From NCBI RefSeq assembly GCF_008000775.2, contig NZ_CP042905.2, positions 150,001 to 182,000 of the forward strand: a stretch of DNA of 32,000 nt, written 5' to 3'. This DNA comes from Promethearchaeum syntrophicum. GTDB taxonomy: Archaea; Asgardarchaeota; Lokiarchaeia; Sigyniarchaeales; Promethearchaeaceae. This document shows positions 26,859 through 32,000 of the stretch, one piece after another. The position numbers were made by a program, and so were the translations under genes. The notes beneath the pieces are model-generated. The model was not told where the DNA came from. It ran no database searches and saw only the letters and a program-made list of their open reading frames with translations. The number at the start of each line of letters is the position of its first letter. Positions within the stretch are counted from its first letter, which is position 1.

Positions 26859-27103
26859 TTATTTCCTAATATCGCCAAAACTACAAAAACAATAATTGCT
26901 ACACCGTATAATCCAATAAATAGAAAAGTTCTCTTTTTTTTATTTTTTTTCTGTGTTTTGAAGAATCCGGCGCATTCCGCAGAACAATATTCACCAAATT
27001 CGCCTTCTTCCTCAGGAACCATCTTTGTGCACTTAGGACAATGTTTATGTGGGAAAACTGTTGATTTACTCTTATATTGATCATATTTAGACATTAAATT
27101 CAA
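26855..27103 (-). CDS. Small zinc-ribbon membrane protein (DUF2116-like)
   Basis: HKHCPKCTKMVPEEEGEFGEYCSAECAGFFKTQKKNKKKRTFLFIGLYGVAIIVFVVLAIL: zinc-binding cysteines plus a TM. Confidence 0.7.
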   Translation of the reverse strand: MNLMSKYDQYKSKSTVFPHKHCPKCTKMVPEEEGEFGEYCSAECAGFFKTQKKNKKKRTFLFIGLYGVAIIVFVVLAILGNN

Positions 27104-27140
27104 TTAAAGAAAAGTGTGATTCCATAAAAAATATTTCAAT

Positions 27141-30100
27141 TCACTTCTTCTTTCTAAAAAATTTAGGTTTTTTTTGTAATAGGACTATAATCACTGAAAT
27201 AAAACTAAAAATAAATATAATTGGATAAAAATTATCGAAATTGGGTTCTTTATTAAATGGATACAATAGAATTAGGAAATCATATTTAAACCCATCTTTA
27301 TCTTTGACTGTAATCCATAATAATAAAAAATTATTTACCAGATCGGTTTCTAAACTCTTTTCTATAAATGTTCCTTTACTAAAAAATTTTAATTTGTCAG
27401 GAATGAAAATATTTGTTTGGAAATGATTAGATGTGCTATCATAAGAAAAATCGAATGTTGGTATTTCAATAGGATATATAATATTAATAAATCCATTATA
27501 AGTGAAAATCGGAATAATAGATGCAAAAATAGATAAAGAATCAATTGAATCTTCTACATCATAGGGTGAAATATTAATCTCATAACTATCATTAAGAGAA
27601 ATAGATTGAGGATAGAACCCGTTATCAGTTTTAGTTTCAGAAAATAATCTTGAACCAAATGTTGAATCATCTAAATTAATTTCGGGGGCATTATTTCTAA
27701 CTGGAAAAATATATCTATCGGGAGTAAAATCATAATAATTTTCTGTATTATTAACTATGCTATATGTTATTAAACTTCCACTAAGAGATATATTTGATGA
27801 GTTTAATTGAAAAGTTTGATTCTCTCCAAATGTTTGAGGAAGAAATATTTCATTCAAGCTATTTTGGGATTCGTACGAATTTGAAATAACAGCAATATAC
27901 GGTTTAGCTGAAATTTGGGTTCCATTAGTATCATATTTCAATTGTATAGGATCATTTGAAAGACGAATAATTTCGTCAACATTCATAGTAATATCAGTAT
28001 AAGAGAAATCTGTCAAATTATAAAAATAGAGAAAATTTCGACTAGAATATTCAGTGAGAACAACTATGCTCAACTCATATAATAGATCTGTTGCATCTGA
28101 AGAATTATATGAGAATAATCCTAAAAATTCACCTTCATTCAATTTTGGATTTAATTCTATTGGTTTAATAGTTCCATTTCCATAAATTAGATTACAAGTA
28201 ATATTTTCAGAAGAATTGAGACCAATAATTGGAATTTGGTCTTCTGGATTGAATACATTGATGTTTAATTCTATATTTGAGGAATTTCTTACAATATTAG
28301 TTGAAATTTTGACAGGATCCGTAGAAATCATAGTTTCAACTATGTTTTTTAGCAAATTGGAATGGTTACCATAATATAAGGGATTATTATATAACTCACC
28401 AGCAAATGTGTTAAAATCTCCTAACCCTAAAACGACTCCTTTTCCTTGAGATCTTCCATTATAACTTGCTGCGAGAATTTTACCTTGAAATTCAGCTAAA
28501 ATACTTGAACTTGAATTTACACGAAAAGTATTACCCATTTTAAACAAATATTTATCTACATTAGAAAAAATGGGTGAATTATTGTTGAATTCTGTAATAA
28601 TTTTTGTATTATATGATGAGCTTAAAGCGTTTTCACTAAAATCTAACAAATTTTCATTATCAATGGAAAATCCTACTCCTAATTTGGAAAAAAGATCATT
28701 TATCGAGTTTACACACATCATTTCAAAATTTGTTCCTAAAAACAAAATAGAACCACCATAATTAAAATAATTAATAATAGCATCTATTTCATATTCTGAA
28801 TATGGTAAAATCGGTGTTTGTAAAACTAATATATCTATTTCTGAAAGTCTTTGCGGTGATATTATTTCACTATCTTTCCAAGGAGAATAATTTGAAACCC
28901 AATCTTCCATGGAATATCTCAAACTGTAATTTAATTTATACAAATCATACATTGAATGATAAAGATCGATCTGAGAAAGACCTAAGAAAGGTGGTAGTTG
29001 ATTGATATCATTTAGACCGTGATATGAATCAAACAAAATTTTTCCTTTCGGAAATGCTATTCTGATATCAATTAAAATTTCATCAAAAGGTTCTCCTGTA
29101 TTTACATCTTTAACTCTTAGGTATCCTTTTCTTGTACCAACACTTGCATTTTGTTGAATTTTAATTTTTAATGGAATTGAAATTATTTCATGATCTCCTG
29201 AATTAACAAAAATTTGATCATAAGAGAGTTGAATCCCTTCTAAATTGGGAAATTCGAGTTCTAATGAAAGCTGTTTTCCACAATAAATCGAAAGGTTCAT
29301 TTGTTGTTCATCTCCGGGAAATTTTAACAAATCATATGGAGAGTAAGGAATTTTGTTTGGGAAAACTTTAGCCTGATTATTTATATCAGATTGATTTAGA
29401 TTTTGTAGATATTTTAATGATCCAGGAATGTTTAAAATTCCTGCACCTTGAGACAATCCATACCCTTCAGGGGATGGTCTTTCTATTTCATTAGCCCCAA
29501 AAATTAATGCGTTTCTAATAGATTCAGGTGAACAACTAGGATACGCTTCCAATAATAGAGCCACAGCACCAGCTACCATTGGACACGACATACTCGTCCC
29601 TGATAATGGGATGTAAGCAAAATTTTTATCAGAATCGATATAATTGTTTTGAAAACGATTTTTATATCCTAATAGTGAATTTTTAGATTCCACCGAAAAA
29701 ATATTTACTCCAGGAGCACAAATATCTGGAATTAAGTGATTATCTGAAGTTGGTCCAATGCTACTAAAATCTATAGTATGATTATTTATATCAGTTGCAC
29801 CAATAGAAATTGAATATAAACTAGTAGCGGGAGAACCAGATGAAAAGAAATTAGGTCCATTATTTCCTGCAGAACATATAACAACAATGCCACTTTTAAC
29901 TGCTTCATTAATTGCTAAATTTTGGGGAGTTAAAACTTCAGGACTTAAACTACCAAAACTCATACTTATTATATCAACATCTTCTTGCATACACCACTCA
30001 ATTGCTGCAATTACATCATCTTCACGAATTGTTCCAGATGAATTAGAAACTTTGGCATTTATTAGAAATGCCTCTGTAGCCACACCTCTATATTTTCCAT

Positions 30101-30863
30101 CTGAAATACTTCCACTCCCAGCAGCGATACCTGCACAATGAGTTCCATGTCCATAATCATCATATGTATAATTTTCTTTGGAAATGTGATCTTCATATGT
30201 AAAATTTCGGCTTTTAATTATCCTTGGGTGTTTTGGATTACCATCAAAAAAAAAATCGGGATGTACTGTGATTCCAGTATCTAAAATTGCTAATTTTACT
30301 CCTTTTCCTGTGTATGGCACTTTATTTGCTCCGATAGTATCGATCCACCAGTTTTTTAAGCTAAATGGCCGAGACCAATTATTTAATAAAAAATTATTTT
30401 GTTCAAGAATACTCTTTTGATGATTTCTGCTTATATATTGAATTTGATCCAAAGATTCAATTTGATTTATCAATGTTTTTAATTCTTCACCAGAAATTCG
30501 TAATGATAAGCAAGGAATGATATCATAATTATAAATTATTTGGGCATTTGGGGTATAATGTGAAGTGAATTCCAAACGATTTAACTTTGAATAGCGATTA
30601 TTGAAATTAATAAGAATGTCATATATTCTTTCTTCAGAATTCTGATTTTTTATATCTTCAACAAGCTTTTGCTCTATTTTTTGGGAAGATTTTTCATCTT
30701 TTATTTCAGTTTCGATATTAACATTTCTTGGAAAATCATTTATAAAGTTCGGAACTGGCGAATTTTCAATTAATTCTGGGTTTAATATAAATGGAATTGA
30801 ATTATTAAAGAGAAACAAAAAAAAAATTACCAAGATTATTTTTTTTATTATTTTTAAGCCCAT
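27141..30863 (-). CDS. Secreted, membrane-anchored subtilisin-like (S8) serine protease with site-1-protease-like architecture
   Basis: Catalytic motifs LAILDTGITVHPDFF (Asp), DDYGHGTHCAGIAAG (His), LSGTSMSCPMVAGAVALLLEAYP (Ser); N-terminal TM; C-terminal TM IIFIFSFISVIIVLLQKKPKFFRKKK; downstream KGKILFDSYHG... domain. Confidence 0.93.
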   Translation of the reverse strand: MGLKIIKKIILVIFFLFLFNNSIPFILNPELIENSPVPNFINDFPRNVNIETEIKDEKSSQKIEQKLVEDIKNQNSEERIYDILINFNNRYSKLNRLEFTSHYTPNAQIIYNYDIIPCLSLRISGEELKTLINQIESLDQIQYISRNHQKSILEQNNFLLNNWSRPFSLKNWWIDTIGANKVPYTGKGVKLAILDTGITVHPDFFFDGNPKHPRIIKSRNFTYEDHISKENYTYDDYGHGTHCAGIAAGSGSISDGKYRGVATEAFLINAKVSNSSGTIREDDVIAAIEWCMQEDVDIISMSFGSLSPEVLTPQNLAINEAVKSGIVVICSAGNNGPNFFSSGSPATSLYSISIGATDINNHTIDFSSIGPTSDNHLIPDICAPGVNIFSVESKNSLLGYKNRFQNNYIDSDKNFAYIPLSGTSMSCPMVAGAVALLLEAYPSCSPESIRNALIFGANEIERPSPEGYGLSQGAGILNIPGSLKYLQNLNQSDINNQAKVFPNKIPYSPYDLLKFPGDEQQMNLSIYCGKQLSLELEFPNLEGIQLSYDQIFVNSGDHEIISIPLKIKIQQNASVGTRKGYLRVKDVNTGEPFDEILIDIRIAFPKGKILFDSYHGLNDINQLPPFLGLSQIDLYHSMYDLYKLNYSLRYSMEDWVSNYSPWKDSEIISPQRLSEIDILVLQTPILPYSEYEIDAIINYFNYGGSILFLGTNFEMMCVNSINDLFSKLGVGFSIDNENLLDFSENALSSSYNTKIITEFNNNSPIFSNVDKYLFKMGNTFRVNSSSSILAEFQGKILAASYNGRSQGKGVVLGLGDFNTFAGELYNNPLYYGNHSNLLKNIVETMISTDPVKISTNIVRNSSNIELNINVFNPEDQIPIIGLNSSENITCNLIYGNGTIKPIELNPKLNEGEFLGLFSYNSSDATDLLYELSIVVLTEYSSRNFLYFYNLTDFSYTDITMNVDEIIRLSNDPIQLKYDTNGTQISAKPYIAVISNSYESQNSLNEIFLPQTFGENQTFQLNSSNISLSGSLITYSIVNNTENYYDFTPDRYIFPVRNNAPEINLDDSTFGSRLFSETKTDNGFYPQSISLNDSYEINISPYDVEDSIDSLSIFASIIPIFTYNGFINIIYPIEIPTFDFSYDSTSNHFQTNIFIPDKLKFFSKGTFIEKSLETDLVNNFLLLWITVKDKDGFKYDFLILLYPFNKEPNFDNFYPIIFIFSFISVIIVLLQKKPKFFRKKK

Positions 30864-30980
30864 TTCAAGTTCTCGAGTAATTTAATAGTATTTAATCTTT
30901 AATCTTAAGTCCATATATAATAAATTTTTTAATTTATGTCGATTTTCTTAAAATAATAATTAGGATATAGATGAACCACC

Positions 30981-31172
30981 GTGGGATTATATAATTTAGT
31001 TGAACAATTACTTCCTCATGAATTTTCCATTTATCAATTCATGGCAGTTTTAGACATGGATCGCGAAGACGCAAGAGAAGCACGAAATATATTAAAACAA
31101 TTTTATCTTCGTGGATATATTAATCGAATTTCAAAGAATATGTATTCGAAAACAATTTCTAACAATAAATAA
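30981..31172 (+). CDS. Small helical, possibly wHTH, protein
   Basis: 63 aa LPHEFSIYQFMAVLDMDREDAREARNILKQFYLRGYINRISKNMY is consistent with a small winged helix. Confidence 0.45.
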   Translation: MGLYNLVEQLLPHEFSIYQFMAVLDMDREDAREARNILKQFYLRGYINRISKNMYSKTISNNK

Positions 31173-31221
31173 ATATTAATAAATTTTTTATTCAATTTTT
31201 ACATAATAAATTAGATTCTTA

Positions 31222-31611
31222 ATGAAGATCTGCCTTTCATGCGGTAAATGTTGTTATAATACTGAAATGGAATTAAGCAAACAAGATATTATTAGGATTG
31301 AGGATCAAAATACATTAGGGTTAAGGAAGGATGATTTTTGCATTGAAACAGATGGATTTCTTAAATTAAAAAATATTGATAATCATTGTATTTTTTTAGA
31401 TCCAAACACAAAACATTGTAAAATTTACTTATTTAGACCAACAGGATGTAAGTTTTACCCTCTAATATTCAATCAAGAAAAAAATAAATGCGTAATCGAT
31501 GAGGATTGTCCTTATAAAAATAATTTCTATGTGCATAAACCAATATTAAAGAAAAATTGTAGAGAATTAAGAAAATGGGTTTCTAATGAATTATTTAATA
31601 TTTCGGATTAG
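31222..31611 (+). CDS. YkgJ-type cysteine cluster protein
   Basis: CLSCGKCCYNTEMELSKQDI...HCIFLDPNTKHCKIYLFRPTGCKFYPL cysteine pattern. Confidence 0.8.
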   Translation: MKICLSCGKCCYNTEMELSKQDIIRIEDQNTLGLRKDDFCIETDGFLKLKNIDNHCIFLDPNTKHCKIYLFRPTGCKFYPLIFNQEKNKCVIDEDCPYKNNFYVHKPILKKNCRELRKWVSNELFNISD

Positions 31612-32000
31612 TCACAAATTGATTAAAGGCATTTTTTATTTCATTTCTTATTTTTTCCATTTTTTGATTATTTATTTGTAATGATCTTCTCTCTATAACA
31701 ATTTTTAATGAATTTAATATCTCTGCAACCCAAAACTCGGTAAATTTTTCATAGTTTTTATGATTAGGGGTAATGTAGGAATTTAATCTATTTTCTACTG
31801 ATTGATAGGATAATAAGAAATAAATCATTCTGTTCAAATTATATTCATTATCTGTTTCTTCAAAAATACCAGGGTTATTATCAATGAAAGAAACCATAAG
31901 GTTAGAGATATTTCTGACAATATCACCTTCATGAATTTCTTCATAATCCACGAAAAACAAACTTTGGGATTTTGAAAAAATAAAATTTCGTAATCTTGCA
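31595..32000 (-). CDS. Hypothetical protein, 5' end beyond window
   Basis: The listed start at 31960 is a TTG; the frame stays open upstream (ARLRNFIFSKSQSLFFVDYEEIHEGD...) to the window edge, so the gene is probably truncated. Confidence 0.55.
   Translation of the reverse strand, partial: ARLRNFIFSKSQSLFFVDYEEIHEGDIVRNISNLMVSFIDNNPGIFEETDNEYNLNRMIYFLLSYQSVENRLNSYITPNHKNYEKFTEFWVAEILNSLKIVIERRSLQINNQKMEKIRNEIKNAFNQFVTNPKY

Noticed and set aside
26899-27084. 61-aa minus-strand ORF overlapping the zinc-ribbon gene
   Set aside because: Alternate frame of the 26855-27103 gene, which has conserved cysteines and a TM.
27241-30141. Short plus-strand ORFs 27241-27426, 28570-28761, 28802-29005, 29887-30141
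   Set aside because: Antisense shadows of the long subtilase ORF with no family signal.

Overview
AT-rich archaeal chromosomal window whose gene content fits an Asgard (Promethearchaeota/Lokiarchaeia-like) genome; the taxonomy is inference. RNA genes: a complete 16S rRNA (minus strand) followed by tRNA-Ala(TGC) with no 23S/5S linked, tRNA-Glu(CTC) with an atypical C33, and a previously unlabelled ~318-nt intergenic RNA (7476-7793, minus) that I interpret as SRP (7S) RNA from its helix-8 motif, complementary termini and helix-5-like pairing. Information-processing genes: YchF/OLA1-type GTPase (partial), TFB, archaeal methylthiotransferase, UPF0148/SSSCA1-like zinc protein, S17e, an isolated L3-L4-L23 cluster, ABCE1 and class I LysRS. 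Accessory or eukaryote-like content: a roadblock + unknown protein + MglA-like GTPase + membrane protein cluster; a tandem pair of V4R/Bet3-like proteins; a 14.5-20.9 kb Tad/type IV-pilus-like locus (Flp-like pilin, Orc1/Cdc6-like AAA+, wHTH, GxGD prepilin peptidase, VirB11/TadA-like ATPase, small membrane-anchored protein, TadB/C-like protein) preceded by a PKD surface protein; and a 1240-aa secreted subtilase resembling site-1 protease (MBTPS1) in domain order. No CRISPR array, transposase or phage genes were seen.
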